Below are positions 37,411 through 47,291 of a stretch of DNA of 64,000 nucleotides, one piece after another. The stretch is from Minisyncoccota bacterium (GTDB taxonomy: Bacteria > Patescibacteriota > Minisyncoccia > Phycocordibacterales > UBA1550). Every line of letters begins with the position of its first letter. Position 1 is the first letter of the stretch. The stretch spans positions 4,422 through 68,421 of the forward strand of contig JALNYL010000005.1 of assembly GCA_023229865.1 (NCBI GenBank). The letters run 5' to 3'. Position numbers and translations under genes: made by a program. The notes beneath the pieces are model-generated. The model ran no database searches. It was not told the DNA's origin and was given only the letters and a program-made list of their open reading frames with translations.

Positions 37411-39873
37411 ATGTCATTTCTAGAAACCATTTTTGGAGGTAGTGGGGTAGCGGGGAAATACGCGCCTCTCGTGAAGAAAATAAATAGCTTTGAGCCAGCC
37501 CTTCAGGCCCTCTCAGATGAAGCTCTTCGCGCAAAAACCGAAGAGTTTCGCGCGCGCCTCACTGCGGGCGAAACTTTAGAGGATATCCTTCCTGAGGCTT
37601 TTGCGACTGTGCGCGAAGCTTCGCGCCGTACGCTCGGCCAGCGTCATTATGATGTACAGCTCATGGGAGGTATCGCGCTTCACCAGGGCAAGATTGCTGA
37701 GATGATGACCGGAGAAGGTAAGACTCTCGTGGCGACACTTCCTGCATATCTCAATGCTCTCACCTCAAAAGGTGTGCACGTAGTTACGGTCAACGACTAC
37801 TTGTCACGCCGTGACGCCACATGGATGGGGCAGATTTATTCTTTCCTCGGACTTTCTACGGGCGTACTCAATCACGCCACTTCATATCTTTATGACCCAA
37901 ATCATCAGGAGCTCGACGGAGAGCGTGACGAGATTGGCTCATTCAAGGTTATCCATGAGTTTATGCGCCCTTGTTCAAAACAGGAAGCATACAATGCTGA
38001 TATTACGTACGGGACGAACAATGAGTTTGGTTTCGACTACCTCCGTGACAACGTCGCCTACAATCCTGCCGACCTCTGTCAGCGTGATTACAACTATGCG
38101 ATCGTGGATGAAATAGACTCTATCTTGATCGACGAGGCTCGTACTCCGCTCATTATTTCTGCGCCGTCAGGAGATGCAGAAAATTTGTATACGATTTTTG
38201 CTGGCATCGCTTCAAAACTCAAGGCCCCAGAACACTACACTGTGGATGAGAAAATGAAGGCTATTCAGCTTACTGATGAAGGTATCAACCGTGCCGAAGA
38301 GCTCTTGGGTGTTGAAAATATTTATACCGAGCGCGGCGTGAAGTATGTGCACCACCTCGAGACTGCGGTGCGCGCGCAGGCACTTTTTATCCGCGACAAG
38401 GAATACGTTGTTCAAAATGATGAGGTTGTTATCGTGGATGAATTCACGGGTCGCCTCCAGCCGGGACGTCGCTGGTCAGAAGGGCTCCATCAGGCGGTGG
38501 AAGCAAAGGAAGGGGTGAAGATTCAGCAAGAGTCACGCACCTTTGCATCTATTACATTCCAGAATTATTTCCGTCTCTATGGCAAGCTCGCAGGAATGAC
38601 GGGAACCGCAGAAACCTCAAGCGAGGAATTTTATAAAGTATACGGACTCGAAGTGACCCCGATCCCTACCAATCGTGGCGTGGCGCGTATCGACCGCACC
38701 GACCTCATCTATCAGACAGAGAATGGCAAGTTTAAAGCAATCGCGCGCAAAGTAAAGGAGCTCAATGCAAAAGGCCAGCCCGTACTTATCGGTACCGTAT
38801 CTATCGAAAAGAACGAACTCCTTTCGGAGTATTTGAAAAAAGAAAATGTTCCGCACGAAGTTTTGAACGCAAAGAATCACGAGCGTGAAGGTGAAATCAT
38901 TGCACAGGCCGGGAAGAGGGGGAGTGTTGTTATCGCAACCAACATGGCGGGTCGTGGTGTGGACATTAAGCTCGGTGGCAATCCCTCAACGCCAGAATCA
39001 ATGGATGAAATCAAATCCCTTGGTGGACTCTTTGTCCTCGGTACTGAGCGTCATGAGGCGCGTCGCATCGACAACCAGCTCCGTGGCCGTGCAGGCCGTC
39101 AGGGTGACCCAGGAGAGACACAGTTCTTTGTATCTATGGAGGACAGCCTTATGCGTGTCTTTGCTTCAGATGTAGTGAAGAATATGATGGGCAAGCTCGG
39201 TATTCCCGAAGATGAAGCTATTCAGAATAAAATAATTTCTCGCTCACTCGAAACAGCTCAGGAGAAAATTGAAGGATTCCACTTTGACTCACGCAAGCAC
39301 GTGCTTTCCTATGACGACGTGATGACCAAGCAACGTGAATACGTCTACGGTATGCGCCGTGGGGTACTCATGGGTGGCGTCGAGGAGGCGAAAGCTTATC
39401 TCGCGGGTATCATCGCTGAAGATCCAGCTCTCACAAAGGTAGTCGAAGAAAAAGTCGCACAGCTCGGCGAGGCTGAATTTTATCAGGCGGTAAAGCGTTT
39501 GATTCTTCAGGTCACCGATATGATGTGGATGGAGCACCTCGACTCGATGGAGTATTTGAAGTCATCAGTAAACCTCCGTGCGTACGGACAGCGTGATCCG
39601 CTCGTGGAATATAAAAAAGAAGGCCTCCGTCTTTTCCGTGAGATGAAAGAGTCAGTGCAGAATGAAATCCTCCGCCTCATGCCTGCTATTGGTGCTGGCG
39701 CCTTTGTAAAAGAAGAAGAAAAAGCTCGCGAAGTAGTGAAGAACGCTATTGAAATCGGTGGCGGGGAAGATGAGGTATCTACTGCGTCACCAATTCATTC
39801 AGACAAAACAGGACGTAACGAAATCTGTTCATGTGGGTCTGGCAAGAAGTACAAGAAGTGTTGCGGTAAATAA
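37411..39873 (+). CDS. secA: preprotein translocase ATPase SecA
   Basis: 820 aa; MTGEGKTLVATLPAYLNAL Walker A; C-terminal zinc finger CSCGSGKKYKKCCG. Confidence 0.95.
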   Translation: MSFLETIFGGSGVAGKYAPLVKKINSFEPALQALSDEALRAKTEEFRARLTAGETLEDILPEAFATVREASRRTLGQRHYDVQLMGGIALHQGKIAEMMTGEGKTLVATLPAYLNALTSKGVHVVTVNDYLSRRDATWMGQIYSFLGLSTGVLNHATSYLYDPNHQELDGERDEIGSFKVIHEFMRPCSKQEAYNADITYGTNNEFGFDYLRDNVAYNPADLCQRDYNYAIVDEIDSILIDEARTPLIISAPSGDAENLYTIFAGIASKLKAPEHYTVDEKMKAIQLTDEGINRAEELLGVENIYTERGVKYVHHLETAVRAQALFIRDKEYVVQNDEVVIVDEFTGRLQPGRRWSEGLHQAVEAKEGVKIQQESRTFASITFQNYFRLYGKLAGMTGTAETSSEEFYKVYGLEVTPIPTNRGVARIDRTDLIYQTENGKFKAIARKVKELNAKGQPVLIGTVSIEKNELLSEYLKKENVPHEVLNAKNHEREGEIIAQAGKRGSVVIATNMAGRGVDIKLGGNPSTPESMDEIKSLGGLFVLGTERHEARRIDNQLRGRAGRQGDPGETQFFVSMEDSLMRVFASDVVKNMMGKLGIPEDEAIQNKIISRSLETAQEKIEGFHFDSRKHVLSYDDVMTKQREYVYGMRRGVLMGGVEEAKAYLAGIIAEDPALTKVVEEKVAQLGEAEFYQAVKRLILQVTDMMWMEHLDSMEYLKSSVNLRAYGQRDPLVEYKKEGLRLFREMKESVQNEILRLMPAIGAGAFVKEEEKAREVVKNAIEIGGGEDEVSTASPIHSDKTGRNEICSCGSGKKYKKCCGK

Positions 39874-39874
39874 T

Positions 39875-40342
39875 ATGGAATATTTAAGCGGACACCAAGA
39901 AGAAGAGGCGGTGACGTGGATGAATGAAGCTGCTCGTGTTGCAAGAGGGGCGCTTTGTCTTGCGACAAAATGCGGAACGGTCATTGTGAAAGACGGTGCA
40001 ATAATCGGCGAAGGATACAATGGGCCACCTCTTGATAAGACCGAGGGAAGAATCTGTGGCGAGGAAATCGGACCAAGCACCTGCGTGCATTCAGAGTGGC
40101 GTGCTATTTTTGATGCACTCAGAAATAATCCTGAGAAAATAAAAGGATCAAAATTATATTTTGTGAGAGTGGATGAAGAGGGGGATACCAAGAGGTCTGG
40201 CAATCCGACCTGCACGGTGTGTAGCCGTATGGCGCTTGATGTCGGCATTGATAAATTCCTCCTGTGGCACAAAGAGGGAATAGGCGAGTATGGGACAGGG
40301 GAATACAATCGGTTGTCGTATGAGCACACCTCAGAGAAGTAG
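39875..40342 (+). CDS. cytidine/deoxycytidylate deaminase-family zinc enzyme
   Basis: HSEW (H-x-E) and PCxxC (PTCTVCSRM) zinc-binding motifs; ORF-track N-terminal extension overlapping secA rejected. Confidence 0.7.
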   Translation: MEYLSGHQEEEAVTWMNEAARVARGALCLATKCGTVIVKDGAIIGEGYNGPPLDKTEGRICGEEIGPSTCVHSEWRAIFDALRNNPEKIKGSKLYFVRVDEEGDTKRSGNPTCTVCSRMALDVGIDKFLLWHKEGIGEYGTGEYNRLSYEHTSEK

Positions 40343-40388
40343 AACCCACCTGTTTGTTTAAATTTTTTATGTTAAGATAAGTATCGTT

Positions 40389-41030
40389 ATGTTTAAAGAA
40401 CTCAAAGAACGATATGAGAAATACGCATCGGATCCAGTGTTCCGTTTCTCGACTCTCATCGCTGTTATTGCGCTTCCGATAAGCGTCATCGTCAATTATT
40501 ACGCTGGGATGTATGCAACACAGCGGGCAAGTAACTCGGTTACGGATATTATCTTGAGTAATATCCCTGTTTTTGATGTTGATGGAATTTTTATCTACGG
40601 CTCCTTTCTTTTGATTGTATTTATCCTATCCCTCCTCATTCTCCAGCCGAAGTATATTCCTTTTACCCTCCACAGCCTCACCCTGTTTATTCTGACTCGA
40701 GCACTCTTTATCTCACTTACCCATATTGGACCATTTCCATCGCAGACAGCTCTTGATCTTGGGGCAGTATCGAGTAAATTTATTTTTGGAGGAGATCTCT
40801 TTTTCTCGGGGCATACGGGAATCCCGTTTTTGATGGCACTTGTCTTTTGGCGCGAGCGCGTGCTCCGTTACGTTTTCATCATTTGGTCGATTGTGTTTGG
40901 AATCACGGTGCTTATGGGACACCTGCATTATTCAATCGATGTACTTTCGGCGTTCTTCATCACGTATGTGATTTTCCATGTATCAGAAAAGATATTTAAG
41001 AAAGAACGCAGACTGTCGCTTCGTGCATAA
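40389..41030 (+). CDS. PAP2-superfamily-like integral membrane protein (putative phosphatase)
   Basis: FSGHTG and HLHYSIDV motifs resembling PAP2 motifs 2/3; 5-6 TM helices. Confidence 0.5.
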   Translation: MFKELKERYEKYASDPVFRFSTLIAVIALPISVIVNYYAGMYATQRASNSVTDIILSNIPVFDVDGIFIYGSFLLIVFILSLLILQPKYIPFTLHSLTLFILTRALFISLTHIGPFPSQTALDLGAVSSKFIFGGDLFFSGHTGIPFLMALVFWRERVLRYVFIIWSIVFGITVLMGHLHYSIDVLSAFFITYVIFHVSEKIFKKERRLSLRA

Positions 41031-41042
41031 TTTATTTTTATT

Positions 41043-41279
41043 ATGATTTGGCAAGATTGGGTTTTTGGTCTCGGGGCAATCGCTTTTGCGGTGGCGCTCA
41101 TCCCGACCCTCTTAGGGAAGGAAAAGCCGTCACTCGGGACGAGTATTCCCACAGGGCTCATTTTGGTCTTGTACGCTTTTACACAGGCATCGCTATCTCT
41201 TTGGTTTGCCGCGGTAACAAGTGTCCTTGCAAGCGCCCTCTGGTTTACTCTGGCAGTGCAAAAGTATAAAATTAAATAA
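41043..41279 (+). CDS. small membrane protein (2 TM), hypothetical
   Basis: 78-aa hydrophobic ORF in operon context. Confidence 0.45.
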   Translation: MIWQDWVFGLGAIAFAVALIPTLLGKEKPSLGTSIPTGLILVLYAFTQASLSLWFAAVTSVLASALWFTLAVQKYKIK

Positions 41280-41291
41280 CCACAAAATATT

Positions 41292-41762
41292 ATGTCTAAA
41301 AAAGTTTTAACATTGTGTTTGCTTCATAATGACACGCAAGTTCTCCTAGGAATGAAAAAGCGTGGTTTTGGCGCTGGTCGCTGGAATGGCTTCGGGGGTA
41401 AGGTTGAGGCAGGGGAGACCATAGAGGAAGGGGCGCGCCGGGAGTTTCTCGAGGAGGCGGGGATAGAAGTGCCAGCCCTTGAAAAAGTGGGGCTTATGGA
41501 CTTTGAATTTGAGGGGAACCCAGAAATCCTCGAAGTGCATATCTTCCGCGCTCGTGAGCATGTGGGGGAACCGATGGAAAGCGAAGAAATGCTCCCGAAG
41601 TGGTTTTCTCTCGATGAAATCCCGTTTTCTGAGATGTGGCCAGACGATCCGCACTGGATGCCACTCTTTTTTGCGGGGAAAAAGTTCCAGGGAAAGATAC
41701 TTTTTGGGGCAGGGGACACTATTTTGGGGATGGACATCGGGGAGGTGTCCGAGCTCGCTTAG
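41292..41762 (+). CDS. Nudix hydrolase, MutT/8-oxo-dGTP diphosphatase-like
   Basis: Nudix box GGKVEAGETIEEGARREFLEEAGI. Confidence 0.8.
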   Translation: MSKKVLTLCLLHNDTQVLLGMKKRGFGAGRWNGFGGKVEAGETIEEGARREFLEEAGIEVPALEKVGLMDFEFEGNPEILEVHIFRAREHVGEPMESEEMLPKWFSLDEIPFSEMWPDDPHWMPLFFAGKKFQGKILFGAGDTILGMDIGEVSELA

Positions 41763-41971
41763 TCGACACATTGGACCCCATCTTTTGGTGGCAAGTCGCT
41801 TTTTTGACTGTAAAATACATAAACAAAGTTGTAAAGGGGTGTCAAAATTAAGCATTGTAAAATAAGGATATTTCGACAAATTTTCAGAAATTACTCGTTT
41901 GAAACGGGCTAAAATCATTGACTTTTGTGGGCTATTGTGATAGGATTGACCCATCGTCAGTAAGTTCAAAT

Positions 41972-41995
41972 GCACCTTTATATGGTGCTTTTTTC
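41972..41995 (+). terminator. short hairpin + T-run (possible terminator of a small transcript)
   Basis: gcacc-tttatat-ggtgc tttttt. Confidence 0.45.
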
Positions 41996-42080
41996 TTAAA
42001 CGAACTTTGGTCCACTCTTAATGTATGTGTGACCCGGGCGATACTGATACGAAGTTTTGCGGAGCTCATACCGCTACACT

Positions 42081-42608
42081 ATGAAAAACAAAACAATTCA
42101 GTTCGCGCACGGCTTGATGCTTATTCCGTTTCTTACGATGGGCTCACCGCTCGCGATGTTTAATACGAATCTTGCGCTTAAGGTGTCTGTCCAGGAGTCA
42201 GTAGCTCTTGAGAACGACTTGGACCTTCAGGCGGAAAAGATTGATGCGTACTTTGCTAAGCGCGATATGCCCCTCGAGGGGTATGGTGCGAAGCTTGCGC
42301 AAGCTGCCAAGGATAATGACCTTGACTGGCGTCTTTTGCCCGCTATTGCGATCAAGGAGTCAACGGGCGGTAAGTTTGCCTGTCACAGTAACCCATTTGG
42401 TTGGGGATCATGCAAAATCAAGTTTAAGAGCTTTGATGCTGCAATCGAGACTGTAGCAATGAACCTTGGTGGGAAGAATCCAAACACGGAGCGTTACTAT
42501 AAAGATAAAACGACCATCGAAAAGCTTCACCACTACAACAACTCTGTTGTTCCTACCTACACAAAAGAAATTTTTGAGTTTATGGAACTTATTGAGGAGG
42601 GGAAGTAG
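42081..42608 (+). CDS. hypothetical secreted protein
   Basis: N-terminal signal-like hydrophobic segment; 175 aa. Confidence 0.55.
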   Translation: MKNKTIQFAHGLMLIPFLTMGSPLAMFNTNLALKVSVQESVALENDLDLQAEKIDAYFAKRDMPLEGYGAKLAQAAKDNDLDWRLLPAIAIKESTGGKFACHSNPFGWGSCKIKFKSFDAAIETVAMNLGGKNPNTERYYKDKTTIEKLHHYNNSVVPTYTKEIFEFMELIEEGK

Positions 42609-42653
42609 GGAGGCAAGTTAAAGGTAGAAAGTTTTAAAGTTAAAAGAAGATAC

Positions 42654-42697
42654 CAAAATACAAGCCCCGCGAGCTTCGCTCGCGGGGCTTGTATTTT
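42654..42697. terminator. bidirectional terminator (long stem caaaatacaagccccgcgagc-ttcg-...) preceded by aaagttaaaag motif
   Basis: seen directly. Confidence 0.8.
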
Positions 42698-42759
42698 GGT
42701 GGGTGCGTGCTAGTATCGAAATTGGAAATTCTGATAGTTTATATACCAAGGAGAGAAAA

Positions 42760-43212
42760 ATGACGACAATGATAGGTGGCCTCCCCCGGGGGGACAAAGA
42801 ATTTTTGAATGCAGCTGAGCAGCGTACAGTTGAAAAGCTTTTGAATCTTGCATCTCAGATGATGCGAGTAAAAGAGCTCCTGAAGGACCTCCAAAGCTCA
42901 TATACGAGCCTTAAGCCGAGCGACGAACTCCTCCTCGAGTATTTGTTGCAGGAGGCGGAACTCGCGCGCTTAGTGAAGGAAGTCGACGAGACTATTAGCG
43001 ATCATGAAATTCAGTGCCATGATTGCGGAGAGATTCACAATCTGCATGAAGTAGCACTCGTCCACACCACTCCAGTCATTGTACTTCGGTGTCCGCACGG
43101 TACCTCCATGGAACAGCGGCCCCTCAAAACAGCCGAAATGAAAAGCCTCGAGCGTATCCTGCGCTTTGTGCGGGGTGATGCAAGAAAAATTTTCAACACG
43201 AAGGTTCCGTAG
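42760..43212 (+). CDS. hypothetical protein with CxxC...C zinc-ribbon-like motif
   Basis: AAGGAGAG SD upstream; CHDCGE...LRCPHG. Confidence 0.55.
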   Translation: MTTMIGGLPRGDKEFLNAAEQRTVEKLLNLASQMMRVKELLKDLQSSYTSLKPSDELLLEYLLQEAELARLVKEVDETISDHEIQCHDCGEIHNLHEVALVHTTPVIVLRCPHGTSMEQRPLKTAEMKSLERILRFVRGDARKIFNTKVP

Positions 43213-43224
43213 TATGTAAAAACA

Positions 43225-43250
43225 AAATCCGCCCAATGGGCGGATTTTTC
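43225..43250. terminator. bidirectional terminator aaaatccgccc-aatg-ggcggatttt
   Basis: between convergent genes. Confidence 0.8.
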
Positions 43251-43254
43251 TTTG

Positions 43255-43974
43255 TTACTTCTTGGTGCTCGTTGCTGTCGCGGCCTTTGCGGCTTTTTCA
43301 TGCTCGGCACGGAGTTTCTTGAGTTGTGGAATTATCTTCTCAAGATCTTCGGCGGTCTTGAATCCATAGTATGGTTCATCGCTAATAATGAGGGCAGGGA
43401 GCTTGTTTTGTACGCCGTGAATCGACTTCATGGTCTTTACTGCTGAGAGGTCGAGGTTGTAATCAAATGAATATACGCGGAACTCGGGGAACTCTTCGCG
43501 AAGCTTAGTGAGAACGTAACCTTCTTTTCGGCAATCTTCACACTCGCCGTCTTTGTTGGAATAGAAGTAAATAATCGTGAGGGGCTTGATGCCACATTTT
43601 TGCTCAACCTGCGCGGTCAAAAGGTAATCCTTGATCTGAAGCAATGAGTAATACTTTTTAAGGTTGGTCACCGCAGCGTCACTGTCGCCGAGGTTTTCTT
43701 CCATGTAGGAGAGCTTTGCGGCGAGGGAACTCAACTCTTCTGAGAATGCGGTCGAATGATCGATAGCCTTACAAGAAGATTCCTTGAGAAGGGCGAACTG
43801 TGTTTCTGAAGAAAGAATGTCTAAAGAAATCTTGCTCTCAACTGCCTTAATCTCAGCGATGCGATTTTCTGAAAAACGGTTACTAATGATGAGTGCGCCA
43901 AAAAATACCATCACGGTGATGACGAAGGCGAGAACATATTTTCTTGTTTCGATTTTTGCGCGAATGTTTTTCAT
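43255..43974 (-). CDS. membrane-anchored hypothetical protein with CxxC motif (possibly thioredoxin-like)
   Basis: N-terminal TM, coiled region, GECEDC motif. Confidence 0.5.
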   Translation of the reverse strand: MKNIRAKIETRKYVLAFVITVMVFFGALIISNRFSENRIAEIKAVESKISLDILSSETQFALLKESSCKAIDHSTAFSEELSSLAAKLSYMEENLGDSDAAVTNLKKYYSLLQIKDYLLTAQVEQKCGIKPLTIIYFYSNKDGECEDCRKEGYVLTKLREEFPEFRVYSFDYNLDLSAVKTMKSIHGVQNKLPALIISDEPYYGFKTAEDLEKIIPQLKKLRAEHEKAAKAATATSTKK

Positions 43975-43989
43975 ATTGAGTTTGGTGGT

Positions 43990-45228
43990 TTAGCGCCAGC
44001 TTGTCCCGCGAGAAAAGATGACATTGATAACGGCACGAATAAACCAGATTGGTGCCACAATACCATAAAGGAAGAGGAAATAGAAGATACCCGTGCTTGG
44101 ACGGAAACGTCCCTCAGCGAGCTTCACACCGTTCCAAATAATGACGAGCCCGAGCCCAAGGAACATATATGAGAGGATGGCCGCAAAGTCAGTATTGAAG
44201 AAGAAAGGATTTGCCTTGGGAAGCGCAAACATGAAACCAACAGTACTGATCTCCACGATTTTTTCGGCAACGACTTTAACCGCATGAAAGGCAACGAAGC
44301 CGAAATTGTAGAGGAAGACAAACACTCCAAAGAATGAGAGGGGGAGGGTAATCATGCCGAGGATGCCGTACTCGCGACGGAACATCATAAAGCGATAATC
44401 GAGCGTGTTCTTCATTGTGCCGTATGACCAGCGGAGGCGCTGGCGATAGAGCTTGTAGAGTGTGCTCGGTGTCGAGGTGTATACCTGCGCGGTGTGCACA
44501 TTGCGAATACGCATGTGGTTTGCTTGCATGCGAAGTGCGTATTCACCATCTTCGGTGTTGTGTGCTTTTTTGTAGAGGCCGATTTGCTTAAACACTTCGC
44601 TACGGAAAATAGAAAAAGGGCCCGGCGTCACATTGATCGCATCAAGAGGAGAGAGCATACGCTTGAGGAATGCGCCCATGTGGTACTCGGTCTTCTGCAT
44701 TTTTTGGAGAATCGTTTTTGGTTCGTGGACGACGAGCATTGGTGTCGCGGCCATCATCTTGGGGTCTTCGTTGAAGGCAGCGGCGATCTCGTGGAGTGCA
44801 TCCTTGTCGACGAATGAGTCAGCGTCGAGACAGCCGATGAGCTCGGCTTGCGAGTTTTCGATGCCGAAGTTTACTGCCGTGTGCTTGCCACCGTTTTCTT
44901 TGTGGAAAAGTTTTACTTGAGGATTATTTTTAAATTTTTGAACAATGCTCCAGGTGTTGTCGGTCGAGCCGTCGTCAATGATGAAAATTTCGAGTTTGTT
45001 TTTTGGATAGTTGAGTCGAAGGAGCGAGTCGACAGTTTTTGAAACTGTCTTTTCTTCGTTCCAGCAAGGGACAATGATCGTGGTGGAGGGGTAATAAGCG
45101 AGTTTCTCTTTTAGTTTTTCCGTGCTTAATTTTGCTCGTTCCTCAAAAAAGGTGATAAGGAAAAATACCTCGAGGTAAAGGGTGAGAAAGAGGAACACAT
45201 AGAGGATGCTGTTGAAAATTGTCTCCAC
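43990..45228 (-). CDS. membrane glycosyltransferase family 2, processive type (QxxRW; PgaC/NodC/cellulose-synthase-like)
   Basis: IVPCWNEE, DADS, QRLRW motifs with flanking TM helices; start ambiguous: GTG 45228 preferred, ATG 45345 would abut the divergent gene start. Confidence 0.75.
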   Translation of the reverse strand: METIFNSILYVFLFLTLYLEVFFLITFFEERAKLSTEKLKEKLAYYPSTTIIVPCWNEEKTVSKTVDSLLRLNYPKNKLEIFIIDDGSTDNTWSIVQKFKNNPQVKLFHKENGGKHTAVNFGIENSQAELIGCLDADSFVDKDALHEIAAAFNEDPKMMAATPMLVVHEPKTILQKMQKTEYHMGAFLKRMLSPLDAINVTPGPFSIFRSEVFKQIGLYKKAHNTEDGEYALRMQANHMRIRNVHTAQVYTSTPSTLYKLYRQRLRWSYGTMKNTLDYRFMMFRREYGILGMITLPLSFFGVFVFLYNFGFVAFHAVKVVAEKIVEISTVGFMFALPKANPFFFNTDFAAILSYMFLGLGLVIIWNGVKLAEGRFRPSTGIFYFLFLYGIVAPIWFIRAVINVIFSRGTSWR

Positions 45229-45347
45229 GATATTTGGAAAAAATGCCCGTACATAACGGGCGCTTGATTCCAAAACTATACCAAATTTTCGGCTCTTTCG
45301 CAATGGCCTCGCTTGGGGGACTTGTGTGGTATTATATTGGTACATAT

Positions 45348-46322
45348 ATGGCAAAAAAAATATTTATAACCAGACGTATTCCTGCAAAGGCCGAAGAAAT
45401 GTTGCGCGCGCAGGGGTATGAGGTGACGGTGAGTGAAAAAGACGGAGTACTAACACGCGATGAGCTCAAGGCAGTGCTCGTGGCCAGTGAGTACGATGCG
45501 GTCGCTTCACTTCTTACCGATACTCTGGATGCTGAGATAATCGCAGCGATGCCTGCGTCGGTAAAAATTATTGCCAACTATGCCGTAGGGTATAACAATA
45601 TCGACGTCGCTGCCGCGCAGGCAAAAGGAATCGTAGTGACCAACACTCCTGACGTACTCACCTCGACGGTCGCTGAGCATACGGTTGCGCTCATTCTCAC
45701 ACTTGCTTCGCGTGTTGCGGAAGGGGATCGATTTATTCGTGAGGGGAAATTTGTCGGCTGGGAGCCAATGCTTCTTTTGGGGACTGATATAAAAGGAAAG
45801 ACTTTAGGGCTCGTGGGTGCGGGACGTATTGGCTCAGAAGTTGCAAGTATCTTGCATAAAGGGTTTGGGATGGATGTTGTGTACTGTGATGTGAAGCAGA
45901 ACGAAACACTTGAGGCAGTGTGTGGGGCAAGATTTTGCGCGACTCACGAAGAGGTGATCAAGGGTGCGGACATTGTGAGCATCCACGTACCGCTCCTTCC
46001 TACGACGAAGCACCTTATCAACGCAGGACGTCTCGCGATGATGAAAAAGTCAGCACTCCTCATCAATACTTCACGTGGCCCCGTCGTCGACGAGCTCGCA
46101 CTTGTGGAGGCGCTCAAGAATGGCGTCATCCGCGGAGCAGCACTCGATGTGTTTGAATTTGAGCCAAAAGTTTCAGAAGGACTTCTATCGCTTCCTAATG
46201 TGGTCGTGAACCCACACCTCGCTTCTGCAACAGAAGAGACGCGCACCAAAATGGCGGAGATGGTCGCAACAAATATTATTGAAACACTTGAGGGACGCAC
46301 GGCGCCGAATGTGATAAAATAA
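45348..46322 (+). CDS. D-isomer-specific 2-hydroxyacid dehydrogenase (glyoxylate/hydroxypyruvate reductase-like)
   Basis: MAKKIFITRRIP start, GLVGAGRIGSEV NAD-binding motif. Confidence 0.85.
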   Translation: MAKKIFITRRIPAKAEEMLRAQGYEVTVSEKDGVLTRDELKAVLVASEYDAVASLLTDTLDAEIIAAMPASVKIIANYAVGYNNIDVAAAQAKGIVVTNTPDVLTSTVAEHTVALILTLASRVAEGDRFIREGKFVGWEPMLLLGTDIKGKTLGLVGAGRIGSEVASILHKGFGMDVVYCDVKQNETLEAVCGARFCATHEEVIKGADIVSIHVPLLPTTKHLINAGRLAMMKKSALLINTSRGPVVDELALVEALKNGVIRGAALDVFEFEPKVSEGLLSLPNVVVNPHLASATEETRTKMAEMVATNIIETLEGRTAPNVIK

Positions 46323-46326
46323 CAAT

Positions 46327-46668
46327 ATGAAGATTATTGCTACATGGGTTTTAGTTGCTCTCGTGATTCTCACGCTTCCTTCGTTTATTCCAGGGATTGA
46401 AATCACTTCATTTGGGACGGCGATGATCGTCGCGCTTTTCTTTGGTATTTTGAACGCCATCGTCCGTCCTATCATTTTGCTCATTGCGTTCCCGATTACG
46501 ATTCTTACGCTTGGCCTCTTTTCGTTTGTTGTCAACGCGGGACTCTTTTGGTCTATCGGCTCTTTCGTGAAAGGATTTTATGTTGATGGTTTTGTGCCAG
46601 CGCTCCTCGGCTCGCTCGTGATTTCAGTAACGACATTTATTGTCGACAAACTCCTTGGGGATAATTAA
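46327..46668 (+). CDS. small membrane protein, phage-holin-4_2-like family
   Basis: 113 aa, 3-4 TM helices. Confidence 0.55.
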   Translation: MKIIATWVLVALVILTLPSFIPGIEITSFGTAMIVALFFGILNAIVRPIILLIAFPITILTLGLFSFVVNAGLFWSIGSFVKGFYVDGFVPALLGSLVISVTTFIVDKLLGDN

Positions 46669-46670
46669 AT

Positions 46671-47291
46671 ATGTTTGAGCAATCTATCGACGTTTTTGTG
46701 CACCTCGTGCAGGGCCACCGTGTTTGGGGGTATGTAGTGCTTTTTATTGCCATGATGCTTGAAGGGGAGGTGCTTCTTATTGTCGCCGGGATGCTCGCTT
46801 CGCTTGAAGCGTTTGACGTGGGGGACGTGTTTTGGATCGCGCTTGTGGGGGTCGTCCTCGGAAACACAATGTATTACCAGGCGGGGGTGATGCTCAAGAA
46901 TGGTAAGGTTGCTACGCGGGTGATTCATTGGGCGGAGAAAGCAATCACATTTTTCTTGCCGGAGTTTCGTCAGAAGCCTTTTAAATCCATTTTTATTTCC
47001 AAGTTTATTTATGGCGCAAACCGTGCGACCGTGATTATGTCGGGGGTATTTCGTATTCCGTTCAAACTCTTTTTCAAAGCGGAATTTCTTGCGTCGATTT
47101 TTTGGGTCATTGTCTACATGAGTGTGGGGTACTTCTTTGGGTATGCGGCAATCAATGTTACGCACAATGCATCACGTTTTGTTTTGCTCGCTCTCGTTTT
47201 CGTGTTAGGATTCATCTTGATTCAAAGTCTGGTGACACATCGTTATGAACGCAACAAACACAAAAAACTCGAAGAGGATAATAACGCATAG
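46671..47291 (+). CDS. DedA-family (SNARE-associated) membrane protein
   Basis: VLFIAMMLEGEVLLIVAGMLA and GANRATVIMSG-type DedA features. Confidence 0.75.
   Translation: MFEQSIDVFVHLVQGHRVWGYVVLFIAMMLEGEVLLIVAGMLASLEAFDVGDVFWIALVGVVLGNTMYYQAGVMLKNGKVATRVIHWAEKAITFFLPEFRQKPFKSIFISKFIYGANRATVIMSGVFRIPFKLFFKAEFLASIFWVIVYMSVGYFFGYAAINVTHNASRFVLLALVFVLGFILIQSLVTHRYERNKHKKLEEDNNA

Noticed and set aside
39749-39874. N-terminal extension of the deaminase ORF
   Set aside because: Overlaps secA 3' end out of frame. The conserved domain begins after the ATG at 39875, immediately following the secA stop.
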